DNA from: Candidatus Sungiibacteriota bacterium
GTDB lineage: Bacteria > Patescibacteriota > Minisyncoccia > Sungbacterales > HO2-52-23
DNA: 64,000 bases
Direction: 5' to 3'
NCBI GenBank assembly: GCA_016432465.1
Contig: CP066690.1
Location: 462,823 to 526,822 of the forward strand
The notes below the pieces were generated by a model. That model had not been told where the DNA came from. It saw only the letters and a program-made list of their open reading frames with translations, and did not search any database. The translations under genes and the position numbers were made by a program. This document shows, in pieces, positions 1-10,198 of this stretch (within the stretch, counting starts at the first letter, position 1; every line of letters begins with the position of its first letter).

Positions 1-132
1 GATAAATCTCTCCTTAAAAGACGTGCCCGGACGCTACAGCGAAGAAGAAATTGAACGGGGACGGCGCGAGCGTCTGGACTTTCCCGAGACCCCGCGCGGA
101 GGACGACGACCGGGCCGCCATAGAAGATAAAG

Positions 133-996
133 ATGGTGGAAAACAATCAGTCAAATCAAAATCAGCCGGAAAAAATCAAACCAGCCATCCGGACCATGAG
201 GTCCGATGTGCAGGAATTGCTCAAAACAACCAAATCTTCGCTCATACAAATAGTGGGGCAGGAAACAGTTTCTGCGCCGGCCGCGCCGCAAGGGGGGTTA
301 AGGTTTAAAAAATATGTTCCTCTGGTGCTTACTGCCCTTGGGGCGGCGGCTGTAATTTTAACTGCGGCCCTGTTTATTTTTCCTAAAAAAGACGGGGCTC
401 CAGCAACAAAATTAGTTCCTCCGGCGCCATTTTTCGCAGTGGAGGCCTCAAGAACGATCACCATTAAACCGCAGGATCGCAGCCAGATGTTGCGAATGCT
501 GGGGGATTCGGCTCAAGAAAAAGAGCGGGAAGGAATAGTAAAACGGGTTCTAATAAAAGTGCTGGATGGTCCTACGGAGCGTTTTATTCTGCCGCAGGAT
601 TTTTTTGAGATTTTACGCGTCAACCCGCCAGCCGGGTTTCTTGCCAGCACCCAGCCACCTCTTATGACCTTTTTTTACTACTCCGGCGGAGGGCCGCGTT
701 TTGGAATGGCGCTCCGGTCTTCGGACCCGGATCGGTTAATGGCCCAGCTCCTGACTTGGGAATCGTCCTTTCTTTCCGACTTTCTGCCCTTATTTTTTGG
801 CGAGAAGCCAGAGGTTATAATATCTCCGTTTGAAGACAGGACATACCGCAACGTAGACTGGAGATTTATAAAACTTTCCCAAGAAAAGGACTTGGGCCTT
901 GGGTACACTATTTTCCCTGCTGGCAACATATTAGTCATAACCACTGGCAAAGAAGCCATGGAAGTCGTGGTCAGTCGCTTATTTGACGCAAGATAG
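133..996 (+). CDS. hypothetical membrane-anchored protein (N-terminal TM helix, no recognisable domain)
   Basis: 287-aa ORF with a hydrophobic segment VPLVLTALGAAAVILTAALFIF after a polar N-terminus; no recognisable motif. Confidence 0.45.
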   Translation: MVENNQSNQNQPEKIKPAIRTMRSDVQELLKTTKSSLIQIVGQETVSAPAAPQGGLRFKKYVPLVLTALGAAAVILTAALFIFPKKDGAPATKLVPPAPFFAVEASRTITIKPQDRSQMLRMLGDSAQEKEREGIVKRVLIKVLDGPTERFILPQDFFEILRVNPPAGFLASTQPPLMTFFYYSGGGPRFGMALRSSDPDRLMAQLLTWESSFLSDFLPLFFGEKPEVIISPFEDRTYRNVDWRFIKLSQEKDLGLGYTIFPAGNILVITTGKEAMEVVVSRLFDAR

Positions 997-1018
997 CAAG
1001 CTAATATAGGTTTAGCTA

Positions 1019-1408
1019 ATGGACAAGGACTTAACACAAGAATTTGAGACAGCCCTAAAGCAGGAACATGACAAACTGATAGGGGAGCTAAAGTCAATTG
1101 CTCGTCCTGACCCGACGCTAAAAGGCGATTGGGACGCCGAAATGCCTCAATTTGAAACCGGAGAATACGGAGGCCACGCGTCTCTGGAAGAAGAAGCGGA
1201 CGAAGTGGAAGAATACGAGACACGTCTGGGCGCAGAACACAGTTTGGAGTCAAGATTGCTTGAGGTTACCAAGGCTCTGGAAAGAATTCAAAAGGGCACT
1301 TACGGTATTTGCATAAAGTGCGGCAAGGAAATACCCGTAGAACGCCTGCGGGCCAACCCAGCCGCCGAGGCCGATCTTGAACACAACTCACAGGAGGGGG
1401 GATTTTAA
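1019..1408 (+). CDS. DksA/TraR-family C4-type zinc-finger protein
   Basis: 129-aa acidic coiled-coil N-terminus followed by CIKCGKEIPVERLRANPAAE, the typical DksA/TraR zinc-finger C-terminus. Confidence 0.6.
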   Translation: MDKDLTQEFETALKQEHDKLIGELKSIARPDPTLKGDWDAEMPQFETGEYGGHASLEEEADEVEEYETRLGAEHSLESRLLEVTKALERIQKGTYGICIKCGKEIPVERLRANPAAEADLEHNSQEGGF

Positions 1409-1411
1409 AAC

Positions 1412-2935
1412 ATGTCAGTTGCAATTTATTCCGCCCAAGTGGTGGGACTTGACGCACAGCCAATTTCCGTTGAGGTAGACATAGCCCCCGGACTTCACAT
1501 CTTTTCTATTGTGGGTCTTGCTGATAAAGAGGTGCAGGAATCGCGTGAAAGAATCTCCGCGGCTATCAAAAACCTCGGAGCGCTTGCGCCCCACAAAAAA
1601 AGCCAACGCGTAATTGTAAACCTTGCCCCAGCCGACATTAAAAAAGAGGGGCCGGCTTTTGATTTACCCATTGCCCTTGGGTATCTCCTGGCCTCGGGGC
1701 AGATCGCTTTTAATCCCAAGGGTAAGCTGTTTCTGGGAGAACTGGGGCTGGACGGAACACTACGTAAGGTATCGGGCGTGCTTCCTATAGCCATGGCCGC
1801 CAGATTTTCAGGGTTTTCCCAGCTGATTTTACCCAAGGGTAATGGAAAAGAGGCGTCTGTGCTTGACGGTCTTGAGATTTTAGAGACCGAGAGTCTGTCC
1901 GAGGTAGTAGAATATCTTGCTGGCAGGAAAGAGCTGGCGCCACTCGGAAAAACAGGCACCGAATCCGTTGCCATAAGTCAGGGTATGGATTTGGGTGATA
2001 TCCGGGGACAGCTTAAGGCTAAAATGGCATTAGAGATTGCAGCTGCCGGTAACCATAATGTTTTATTCCACGGCCCGCCCGGAGCGGGAAAAACACTTTT
2101 GGCTCAAGCCCTTCCCTCCATTCTTCCTCCTCTTTCTTTTGAAGAGTCGCTGGAGGTGACCAAAATTTACAGCATTGCTGGGATGCTCAACGACAAACAA
2201 CCATTTATTTCCGTTCGTCCCTTTCGCAATCCGCATCACACCTCGTCTCACGCCGCTGTCATAGGAGGAGGAACGCACCCAAGACCCGGGGAGGCAACCC
2301 TGGCTCATCGTGGTGTTTTGTTTTTGGACGAGCTTCCCGAGTTTGACCGCAGAGTCATTGAGTCGTTAAGACAACCCCTAGAAGAACACACTATTACCGT
2401 AGCCCGCAGTCAGGGCACTCAAACTTTTCCGGCCCAGTTCATGTTGGTCGCTGCCATGAACCCGTGCCCTTGCGGTAACTATGACAACCCCACCAAAGAT
2501 TGCAGTTGCGCTCCGGGAGCAATCACTAAATACAGGAAAAAGGTGTCCGGACCAATTTTGGACCGTATTGATCTCCATGCGGAAACGCCCTCGGTTGAGT
2601 ACGAAAAGTTGGAGGGCGAGAGTAGAGAAGAGCCGTCTGCAAAAGTGCGCCAAAGGGTGGAACAAGCAAGAAAAATACAAAAGCAGCGCTTCCGCGGTCT
2701 GCCCATACAGACCAACGCCGAGATGGGACTGCGGGAAATAAAACAATTTATCAAGATAAAAGATTCGCTGCGTCCTATACTGAAAATGGCGCATGAGCGA
2801 TATCAATTATCGGCTAGAGCGTATCATCGCGTTTTGAAACTCTCCCGCACTATTGCGGACCTTGAGGGTTCAGAAGATCTGCAGGAAAATAATATTCTGG
2901 CGGCCCTACAGTTCCGGCCCAAGGTTGAAATATAA
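1412..2935 (+). CDS. comM: YifB/ComM Mg-chelatase-like AAA+ ATPase
   Basis: 507 aa; Lon-like N-terminal domain; Walker A GPPGAGKT; Walker B LFLDELPEF; C-terminal Mg-chelatase-like region with the Cys cluster CPCGNYDNPTKDCSC. Confidence 0.85.
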   Translation: MSVAIYSAQVVGLDAQPISVEVDIAPGLHIFSIVGLADKEVQESRERISAAIKNLGALAPHKKSQRVIVNLAPADIKKEGPAFDLPIALGYLLASGQIAFNPKGKLFLGELGLDGTLRKVSGVLPIAMAARFSGFSQLILPKGNGKEASVLDGLEILETESLSEVVEYLAGRKELAPLGKTGTESVAISQGMDLGDIRGQLKAKMALEIAAAGNHNVLFHGPPGAGKTLLAQALPSILPPLSFEESLEVTKIYSIAGMLNDKQPFISVRPFRNPHHTSSHAAVIGGGTHPRPGEATLAHRGVLFLDELPEFDRRVIESLRQPLEEHTITVARSQGTQTFPAQFMLVAAMNPCPCGNYDNPTKDCSCAPGAITKYRKKVSGPILDRIDLHAETPSVEYEKLEGESREEPSAKVRQRVEQARKIQKQRFRGLPIQTNAEMGLREIKQFIKIKDSLRPILKMAHERYQLSARAYHRVLKLSRTIADLEGSEDLQENNILAALQFRPKVEI

Positions 2936-2963
2936 TATGTAAGGACGAAAAGATAAATATCAG

Positions 2964-4064
2964 TTACTCTCTTGTTTCAAAATGCACATGGCAACCGGTG
3001 GAATTGCCCGTGGACCCCATGGTTGCTACCTGACTGCCCTGAGCCACCTCCTGCCCGACAAAGGCCAGAATAGAACCAAGATGAGCAAGGAGAACGGTCC
3101 CTCTTTGGTGAGAAATAGCCATGTACCATCCATAACCGCCGTTCCATCCAGAAGAGCGGGCGATGATAACCTTGCCCGCGACCGGGGCAAGAACAGGCGC
3201 CCCGCAGTAACTTGCCAAATCAATTCCACTCTTTTTGTATCCGTGCGGCCCTTGGGTTTGTCTCCCACCAAAAATAGGCCTCATATAGTATCCCATGGGG
3301 GCGGTCGAAAGGGCCGTTGTTTTTGACGGTTGACTGAGGGGTGGCGCAGGGGGCGTCGCCATCTCCCCGTCGGGAATGATCAACGTCATGCCTGGTTTAA
3401 TTAGCTCATCTATGCTCAAGCCGTTGAAAATTCTGATTTCGTTTTCATCACCCTTGAATTTTCTGGCGATGGAGGAAATCGTATCGCCTTTTTTTACTTC
3501 AACTTGAATGCCGGGCACCGGTAGTATAAGAACGTCATCCCCGACCTTTATCAGATTTGGGTTGCGAATGTTATTTGCCCAAAGAAGGGTATTTAGAGAA
3601 ACACCAAAATTGTCTGCAATGGCCCCGGGTGTGTCTCCCGGCTGTACGGTGTAGACCAATATTCTGCCGGGGTTATTATTTGGTAGGGTGCCGCTGGGGT
3701 TTCGGTTGGCAACCAAAGCGCTGTCTTGGGTCGCAGAAAGAGGCGGCATATCGTCGTCAACAGAACCACCAATGGCAGGAGACGCATTGGCGCTCTGGCT
3801 ACCAAGAAGAGGTATAGATATGGAGAATAAAGATGATTCCTGGCTACTATTTTCTCCTCCGCTAACAAAAAACTTAACTATGGCGGAAAAAAGACCGGCA
3901 TGCGCGGGTTGGGGCGCAGTCGCTAAAACAATCAGCAACATAGCTCCAAAAACAAATAGCCCTTTTCTGAAAAGGGGCCTATATATGCTAAATTTTTGGA
4001 GTTCACCCAAGGGCGATTTGTTTCGCAAAAGAATAACCTTTAGAGCACTGTCCCAAGTGGCCAA
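2964..4064 (-). CDS. secreted LysM-domain peptidase M23 (peptidoglycan endopeptidase)
   Basis: Two LysM-like repeats (YTVQPGDTPGAIADNFGV and VEVKKGDTISSIARKF) and a C-terminal M23 signature GSTGNSTGCHVHFE. The true start is probably the internal Met near 3941, which gives a signal peptide MLLIVLATAPQPAHA. Confidence 0.75.
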   Translation of the reverse strand: MATWDSALKVILLRNKSPLGELQKFSIYRPLFRKGLFVFGAMLLIVLATAPQPAHAGLFSAIVKFFVSGGENSSQESSLFSISIPLLGSQSANASPAIGGSVDDDMPPLSATQDSALVANRNPSGTLPNNNPGRILVYTVQPGDTPGAIADNFGVSLNTLLWANNIRNPNLIKVGDDVLILPVPGIQVEVKKGDTISSIARKFKGDENEIRIFNGLSIDELIKPGMTLIIPDGEMATPPAPPLSQPSKTTALSTAPMGYYMRPIFGGRQTQGPHGYKKSGIDLASYCGAPVLAPVAGKVIIARSSGWNGGYGWYMAISHQRGTVLLAHLGSILAFVGQEVAQGSQVATMGSTGNSTGCHVHFETRE

Positions 4065-4299
4065 AAATGCTCTTACTTATGCCACCAAGCGGCAACTTTC
4101 TCTATATTTAAGCGACTTTTTCTTTGCTTTAAATAAAAACAGCGTTTATCGCTCCGCCTTCATCCTAGTCCTCCGGTGGAGACGGGTCAAATGCGCTATC
4201 CACACCCCGCCAGAAAGCTTTTTTGTTTTAAGGGCCTGTGGCTTCTACCTACAATGAATAAATTTAAATTTCTAAACGTAACCAGCAAAAAAACAACCA

Positions 4300-6222
4300 A
4301 TGAAAGAATTGCTTAACGATCTGAACCCCCAACAGCAAGAGGCGGTCCTAACCACCGAAGGACCTGTTTTGATTCTGGCGGGACCCGGTTCCGGAAAAAC
4401 AAAAACGCTTACTCAACGCATTGCCCACCTTTTACAAATAGGGGTGCCTGCCGAAGAAATTCTGGCCGTAACATTTACCAACAAAGCAGCCGGGGAGATG
4501 CGTTCGCGCATACGTGCGCTGGTGGGAGAAAAAGCACTCAATGCCAACAGCGAGACAATGTTTGTCGGCACCTTTCATAGCTTGGCCGTAAAAATATTGA
4601 GAGTCCATGCTTCGCGGCTCGGTTTTTTGCCAAACTTTACTATTTTTGACGATGACGACTCTCTGGCGTTGATCAAAGAAACCATGAAAGAACTGGCCAT
4701 AAACCCCAAACAGTTTCCGGCGGGGATGATTTCTGGTGTTATATCCGGACTTAAAAACGAGCTGGTAACCCCGGGGGAGTACGAGGCGCGAGAGGGACTT
4801 TCGGATTTATTCCCCAAAACCGTACATAAAATTTATGCTTTTTATCAGAAAAGCCTGCATGATGCCAACGCCATGGACTTTGACGACCTTATTATGAATG
4901 TTTGCCTTCTTTTTGATAAAAACCCAGTTATTCTTGAAAGCTATCAAAATCGTTTTCGCTATATAAACGTGGACGAGTATCAGGACGTAAATCAGGCCCA
5001 GTACCGCCTGGTAACACAACTTGCCCTAAAGAAACGCAATATTGCAGTTGTTGGGGACGACGCGCAGGCAATTTACGCTTTCCGGGGCGCGGATTATCGC
5101 AACATTCTCAATTTTGAGAATGACTGGCCTGATGCCAAAGTGGTGGTACTTGATCAAAATTACCGCTCCACCCAAATAATTCTGGAGGCGGCAAGCGAAC
5201 TAATCGCCAAGAACAAACTTCAGAAGAAAAAGCAGCTCTGGACAACGGGGGCCGAGGGAGAACCCATTACAGTGGTTGCTGCTGAAAACGAACGTCAAGA
5301 AGCGGAGTTTATACTCTCTCTTATGAAAGACTTAGTCGGGCGCGGCTGCCCGCTAAAAGACATGGTGGTTTTGTATCGGACAAATGCGCAATCAAGAAAC
5401 TTGGAGGAGGTTTTTCTGGAACACAATTTCCCGTACAAAATTGTGGGCGGAATAAAATTCTACCACAGGAAAGAAGTAAAAGACGTTATTTCTTACTTAA
5501 GATTCCTGTTTAACTCCAAAGACCTGGTGAGTTTAAAACGCATAATAAATGTGCCGGCACGCGGTATAGGTAAAAGCACGATACTGGCCTATCTTGCCGA
5601 AAACAAACGCGTCTTAAGGCCGGCGGAAAAAGAAAAAATAGAACGCTTTCATGCTCTTAAGACCGAGTTGCGCGAAGGTATAAACAGTCTGACTGCGGCC
5701 GCCTTTCTTAAACACCTCCTCAAAACCATCAAATACCGAGAGTACCTTGACGACAGTTCTGCCAACTCCGAGGAGCGGTGGGAAAACGTACAGGAGTTAG
5801 TTAGTCTGGCCAAAAAATATGATGCCCTGGAATCTCCAAAAGGATTAGAGAAACTTCTGGAGGACGTTGCGCTTATGTCAGACAGCGACCAGATAGAAAC
5901 CGGCCAGAGTGTTGTTAACCTTATGACCCTGCATTCGGCTAAGGGGCTTGAATTTCCGGTTGTGTTCGTGGTGGGCATGGAGGAGGGAATTTTCCCGCAC
6001 TCCCGTTCCCTTTTTAATCCGGCTGACTTGGAAGAAGAACGCAGACTCTGCTATGTGGGTCTAACCCGGGCCAAAAAGCGGGTTTTTCTCTCTTTTGCAC
6101 TTCAAAGGACTCGCTTTGGAGCAACAGAGGTAAATCCGCCATCCCGCTTTCTTTCCGAAATACCCGAACACCTGCTTGAGGTTAACGAACTCATCCCTAC
6201 TATAGAGGCTAAGCCTCTATAG
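4300..6222 (+). CDS. uvrD: UvrD/PcrA/Rep-family ATP-dependent DNA helicase
   Basis: 640 aa; motif I AGPGSGKTKTLTQRIAHLL; motif II VDEYQDVNQAQY; conserved LHSAKGLEFPVVFVVG and YVGLTRAKKRVFLS motifs. Confidence 0.85.
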   Translation: MKELLNDLNPQQQEAVLTTEGPVLILAGPGSGKTKTLTQRIAHLLQIGVPAEEILAVTFTNKAAGEMRSRIRALVGEKALNANSETMFVGTFHSLAVKILRVHASRLGFLPNFTIFDDDDSLALIKETMKELAINPKQFPAGMISGVISGLKNELVTPGEYEAREGLSDLFPKTVHKIYAFYQKSLHDANAMDFDDLIMNVCLLFDKNPVILESYQNRFRYINVDEYQDVNQAQYRLVTQLALKKRNIAVVGDDAQAIYAFRGADYRNILNFENDWPDAKVVVLDQNYRSTQIILEAASELIAKNKLQKKKQLWTTGAEGEPITVVAAENERQEAEFILSLMKDLVGRGCPLKDMVVLYRTNAQSRNLEEVFLEHNFPYKIVGGIKFYHRKEVKDVISYLRFLFNSKDLVSLKRIINVPARGIGKSTILAYLAENKRVLRPAEKEKIERFHALKTELREGINSLTAAAFLKHLLKTIKYREYLDDSSANSEERWENVQELVSLAKKYDALESPKGLEKLLEDVALMSDSDQIETGQSVVNLMTLHSAKGLEFPVVFVVGMEEGIFPHSRSLFNPADLEEERRLCYVGLTRAKKRVFLSFALQRTRFGATEVNPPSRFLSEIPEHLLEVNELIPTIEAKPL

Positions 6223-6235
6223 TAAATAGGGCTAT

Positions 6236-6988
6236 ATGTACGCGAAAAAATCACTAGGACAACATTTTTTGCGCTGTCGGTGGGTGATTTCTACACTCGT
6301 CCACGCGGCGGAGCTCAAATCAACTGATACGGTACTGGAAATCGGACCCGGAACCGGAATTTTGACGCGAGCGCTTGCGCGGCGTGCCAAAAAAGTCATT
6401 GCCGTAGAAAAAGACGAAAAACTTGCGGAGGAACTAAGAATCAGGCTGGCGGACGGCAACATCAAAAACGTAACTATAATATCCGGGGACATACTCAAAG
6501 TACTGCCCAGGGCCAAACTTGGCACAGGATATAAGGTGGCAGCAAATATACCGTACTATCTCACCTCCAGACTCCTTCGGGTACTTTTGGAACAAAAACA
6601 GCAACCATCCCTCATGGTACTTACCGTCCAAAAAGAGGTGGCCCAACGTATTACTGCCAAACCACCGCACATGAATCTTCTAGCGCTTTCTGTTCAGGCC
6701 TACGGAAAACCAGAAATTATAAAAACCGTTCCGGCAAGCTGTTTTTGGCCCAAACCAAGAGTAGATTCAGCTGTGATAAAAATAAGGCTCAAAACTAAAG
6801 TGGCTGGCAATGATACTAAGCTAAGGGGTCTTTTTACTCTTGCCAGAAGTGCCTTTGGCCAAAAGAGAAAAACGCTGCGTAGATCCTTAGGAATAAAAGA
6901 CCCAGACATTAGACTAAAACGTCCCCAAGAGCTAAAACTTGAGGATTGGTTTACTCTCCTGGTTTCCGTACAAAAAGAGCACGCCTAG
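6236..6988 (+). CDS. rsmA: 16S rRNA (adenine1518/1519-N6)-dimethyltransferase RsmA/KsgA
   Basis: 250 aa; begins KSLGQHFL; SAM-binding motif LEIGPGTGILT; NIPYYLTS motif. Confidence 0.85.
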   Translation: MYAKKSLGQHFLRCRWVISTLVHAAELKSTDTVLEIGPGTGILTRALARRAKKVIAVEKDEKLAEELRIRLADGNIKNVTIISGDILKVLPRAKLGTGYKVAANIPYYLTSRLLRVLLEQKQQPSLMVLTVQKEVAQRITAKPPHMNLLALSVQAYGKPEIIKTVPASCFWPKPRVDSAVIKIRLKTKVAGNDTKLRGLFTLARSAFGQKRKTLRRSLGIKDPDIRLKRPQELKLEDWFTLLVSVQKEHA

Positions 6989-7002
6989 GCGCGCTCTTTT
7001 TC
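6973..7002 (+). terminator. rho-independent terminator overlapping the rsmA stop (hairpin AGAGCACGCCTAGGCGCGCTCT followed by a T-run)
   Basis: Palindrome containing CCTAGG followed by TTTTT, seen directly in the sequence. Confidence 0.55.
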
Positions 7003-7356
7003 CTAAGGACTAGTGCCTATAATGGCTGCTGGAAATCCGGCTCCGGCAGGAAGCGGTCCGACAAAGCAAACTGTCGGCGATGGGGCGTGCGTACCCAAAG
7101 CCCAGGCCCCCGGATGAAAGGCGCCAAATAAAAAAATAAGCGTTCCTGGGGTCATTACAACGACCGACCGCGGCCCGGAAATACCAACTACGGTTATCAA
7201 AAAACCCGGTGGTGTTGTGCAGGGACTGACAAACGTGATCCTGCCACCAAAGGGCAAAAATGCAGCTCCAGCCTGCGCTCGACCATAAAGAGCGCCTGTA
7301 AAGAATAGGGCGCCAACAACAATGACAAGCAAAAACAAAAGCCTAGTTTTTATCAC
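7003..7356 (-). CDS. small hypothetical secreted or membrane protein
   Basis: 117-aa ORF with an N-terminal signal-anchor LLFLLVIVVGALFFTGALYG; Gly/Pro-rich with no recognisable motif; may be spurious. Confidence 0.3.
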   Translation of the reverse strand: MIKTRLLFLLVIVVGALFFTGALYGRAQAGAAFLPFGGRITFVSPCTTPPGFLITVVGISGPRSVVVMTPGTLIFLFGAFHPGAWALGTHAPSPTVCFVGPLPAGAGFPAAIIGTSP

Positions 7357-7437
7357 ACCTTCATTCTACTCTAGCCGCAGAAAGTTATCCACAATCCCCA
7401 CAAAGATAACCTCTCTATTTAGAGGTATAATAAAAGT

Positions 7438-8388
7438 GTGAAAACTTGGTTTGGCATTATCCTGCCAACTTTAAAAAAAGCGGGGTTAATTCTTGCTGTT
7501 TTGGTGTTTCTTGCACTTATAGCAGGGACGTTTTTCCGCCAAAATAAAAAAGATGCTTCGGTGGAGGGGGGCGCTACAGCCGCCCCAAAAAAACAGCAAA
7601 TTCAACTTACCCAAGATAGCGACAGCGACGGCCTTAAAGATTGGGAAGAAGCGATATACCGAACCGATCCTCATAACGCCGATACTGACGGGGACGGCGC
7701 CAAAGACGGCGAAGAAATAGCGCAGAACCGCAACCCCCTACAAGCCGGCCCCGGAGATTTTTTGGCCGCATCCGCCCCAACTGCTGGAAAAGGCGGGGTT
7801 GAACCCGCAAAAAATATTACGGACCGCCTTATCCAGCTTTTTGGCGCAAAATATTTTGCTCAAAGGATTAACGATCCCGACCAGCCCCTAGACGTACAGG
7901 AAATCGCCAACGATATAGCCCAAAATATACCCAGCTACCAGTCCTCAATCAAACCGTTTCTGTTAAAAGACCTGACGATTTTGAAAAACAGCACCCCCGA
8001 AAACATAAAGAACTGGGCTAAAAGTTTTGACGCCATCAACGAAGAGGCGTTTGCGGGCATAAACGAGGCCGAAATTTCTATTCTCATAAAGGCGCTTAGC
8101 ACCGAAGATTACTCTCTTCTGGCGGAGTTGGATAAACACATTACTGCATATAACACAACCCTGGAACGGATGAGGAAACTCGTTGTCCCATCCGAGTTTG
8201 CTTCTTTCCAGTTGCGCTTTATGAATATAGCGCTGGAGTTGCGGGAGCTCGCGCAAAATTTTAAGAAGGCGGACAAAGATGTGCTGGCTGCGTCCAGCGG
8301 GGTACAGTCCTACCTTAAACTTGCCAGCGAAATTCAAACCATCAGCCAAAACGTAAAGCAGGAACTAAGACGTAGAAATCTTTTGTGA
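7438..8388 (+). CDS. hypothetical membrane-anchored protein with Asp-rich calcium-binding-like repeats
   Basis: 316 aa; N-terminal TM helix; DSDSDGLKDWEE and DTDGDGAKDGEE repeats resembling thrombospondin type 3 or dockerin calcium loops. It is the first gene of the T4SS-like cluster. Confidence 0.5.
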   Translation: MKTWFGIILPTLKKAGLILAVLVFLALIAGTFFRQNKKDASVEGGATAAPKKQQIQLTQDSDSDGLKDWEEAIYRTDPHNADTDGDGAKDGEEIAQNRNPLQAGPGDFLAASAPTAGKGGVEPAKNITDRLIQLFGAKYFAQRINDPDQPLDVQEIANDIAQNIPSYQSSIKPFLLKDLTILKNSTPENIKNWAKSFDAINEEAFAGINEAEISILIKALSTEDYSLLAELDKHITAYNTTLERMRKLVVPSEFASFQLRFMNIALELRELAQNFKKADKDVLAASSGVQSYLKLASEIQTISQNVKQELRRRNLL

Positions 8389-8389
8389 T

Positions 8390-10198
8390 ATGAACAGTCC
8401 CGGCTTTATAAAAAAAATCCTGTCTCCAGTACTCATTGCCGTGGTTATTTCCCTGCAGGTGCTAGGACCGCTTGCTATTCCGTTTACTGTTCAGGCGCAA
8501 ACTCCCGGACCCTTGGGCGGGACCCCGATTGATGCTTCGCAGTTTACCAACTTCGGGGCTGCTTCCGCTGCTGGCGTTTTGCTAACTGTTCCCACAAGGT
8601 CAAACCCAATATTCAGCGGCCCCTCTTTCCTTGATTGGGGAAATCTCAAAGAATACATTCTTGACCAGATTGCCACCATCATAACCACAACCGTTATTCG
8701 CTCCCTTACCCGTCAGGTTCTGGCTTGGATTCAGGGGGGCAATGTGGGATTTGTATCCATACTGGAGCAAGAATTCCAGCATGCGGCTGACATAGCGGGG
8801 GGTGACTTTTTGCAGAAAATCTCACCCATTGATCTTTGCGGCAATATAAGCGCTTATCTAAGGATTACCCTCCGCGTTCCGGGTTTACGCCAGCGTTTAT
8901 TCTGTACAGTCACTGATATTGCCAAAAACTTAAATAACTTCTATCGGGACTTTAAACAGGGGGGCTGGAAATCTTTTATTCAAGTCGTGGTTGAGCCGCA
9001 AAACAACCCCTATGGCGCGTTTCTCATTGCGCTGGACGCCAAGATAGGGGCAGAAAGAAACGCCCGCGAAACTCTGCTAGCTAAGTACATAGCGGGTCGC
9101 GGCTTTACGGGTGTGCAAAAAACAGTCAAATACGGCTGCGAGGTAACCGGAGTGAAAGAAGGACGACGCACGGCAAGCGAAGTTACCTGCGGAAACGCGC
9201 AGAAAATCACCCTGCCCGGCGATCAGGTTGCCCAACAACTCGGATTTGTTCTTACCAACGACTACCGCAAGGCGCTGCTGGCCGACGAAATAAACGAAGC
9301 TATTGTGACCATTACCAACGCCCTTATTACTAAAGTGATTTCTGCCGCCTTCTCCATAGAAAGCGGGGGCACAACAGTGGGCGGGGACGGATTGGAAAGC
9401 CCGGAGCTTAGCAGGACTCCGCCCACTGAAAGTTTTTCATCGGGAGAAATTCCTTTAAGGGTTAATGAGGCCCTGTTTACGTCGGAAAGTTATCTTGCTG
9501 CGCTTGACCGGGATAGCGCCTCGGCACGCAACCAGCTTTTTTCTCTGCGCCAACGGATAGAACAAATTGTTCTTGACCCGGCCGCGAACCAAAACGAAGC
9601 AGATGAATTACGCGTACAAGCCAAAACCCAAGAAGATGTTATGACCCGACTAAGCGAACAAAAGCAAGCGGTGCTGGTCAGCCAACGCGAACTTCTGGCT
9701 CTTAAACTTAGCTTATTAACCACCGGTGACCTTTCCTCCTTAGTCAACGACTTTACGCGGGCCGTTACCCGACTGGTAGTCGCGGGCAACAGCGTTGCCA
9801 ACGCTCCAATTCCTGCTACGTCTTCCGGCAACGAAGGAACTGATATTCGGTTGTTGATGAGTGCCGGTATGGGTGATCTGCAAGGAGCTGCATCCCAAAT
9901 TCAGACAACCCTAAGTGAGATAGACCGCTTGGCAAAAAGCAGTCTTATAAGTACGGCCCAGAAACAGGACTTAATTTCTGCGCGCGCCGCACTGGTGAAA
10001 GAGCAGGCACAAATCCAGAATGCCTTAACAGAGGTGGCCCGACTGGGAAACAAATTGTTAACAGAAGAGGGCGAGAAACTTAAAGACACCCAAATAAACT
10101 CACTAAGACTGCTCGTCGTAAACAGCGTCGCCCTTTCGTCTTTGCTGACCGTATTGTCCACAGCCGATAAGTCGCTCAAGCTTACCCCCGCACAATGA
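8390..10198 (+). CDS. large secreted hypothetical protein (T4SS-like cluster)
   Basis: 602 aa; N-terminal signal or TM segment; C-terminal heptad-rich coiled coil; translationally coupled to its neighbours, with the 8390 start 2 nt after the previous stop. Confidence 0.5.
   Translation: MNSPGFIKKILSPVLIAVVISLQVLGPLAIPFTVQAQTPGPLGGTPIDASQFTNFGAASAAGVLLTVPTRSNPIFSGPSFLDWGNLKEYILDQIATIITTTVIRSLTRQVLAWIQGGNVGFVSILEQEFQHAADIAGGDFLQKISPIDLCGNISAYLRITLRVPGLRQRLFCTVTDIAKNLNNFYRDFKQGGWKSFIQVVVEPQNNPYGAFLIALDAKIGAERNARETLLAKYIAGRGFTGVQKTVKYGCEVTGVKEGRRTASEVTCGNAQKITLPGDQVAQQLGFVLTNDYRKALLADEINEAIVTITNALITKVISAAFSIESGGTTVGGDGLESPELSRTPPTESFSSGEIPLRVNEALFTSESYLAALDRDSASARNQLFSLRQRIEQIVLDPAANQNEADELRVQAKTQEDVMTRLSEQKQAVLVSQRELLALKLSLLTTGDLSSLVNDFTRAVTRLVVAGNSVANAPIPATSSGNEGTDIRLLMSAGMGDLQGAASQIQTTLSEIDRLAKSSLISTAQKQDLISARAALVKEQAQIQNALTEVARLGNKLLTEEGEKLKDTQINSLRLLVVNSVALSSLLTVLSTADKSLKLTPAQ

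Noticed and set aside
3688-4257. 189-aa plus-strand ORF
   Set aside because: It is entirely antisense to the well-supported LysM/M23 peptidase gene on the minus strand.
7385-7393. Second perfect DnaA box TTATCCACA, upstream of the 7438 gene
   Set aside because: It is an isolated single box far from dnaA. It is most likely a chance occurrence or a minor regulatory site, and not evidence of an origin.
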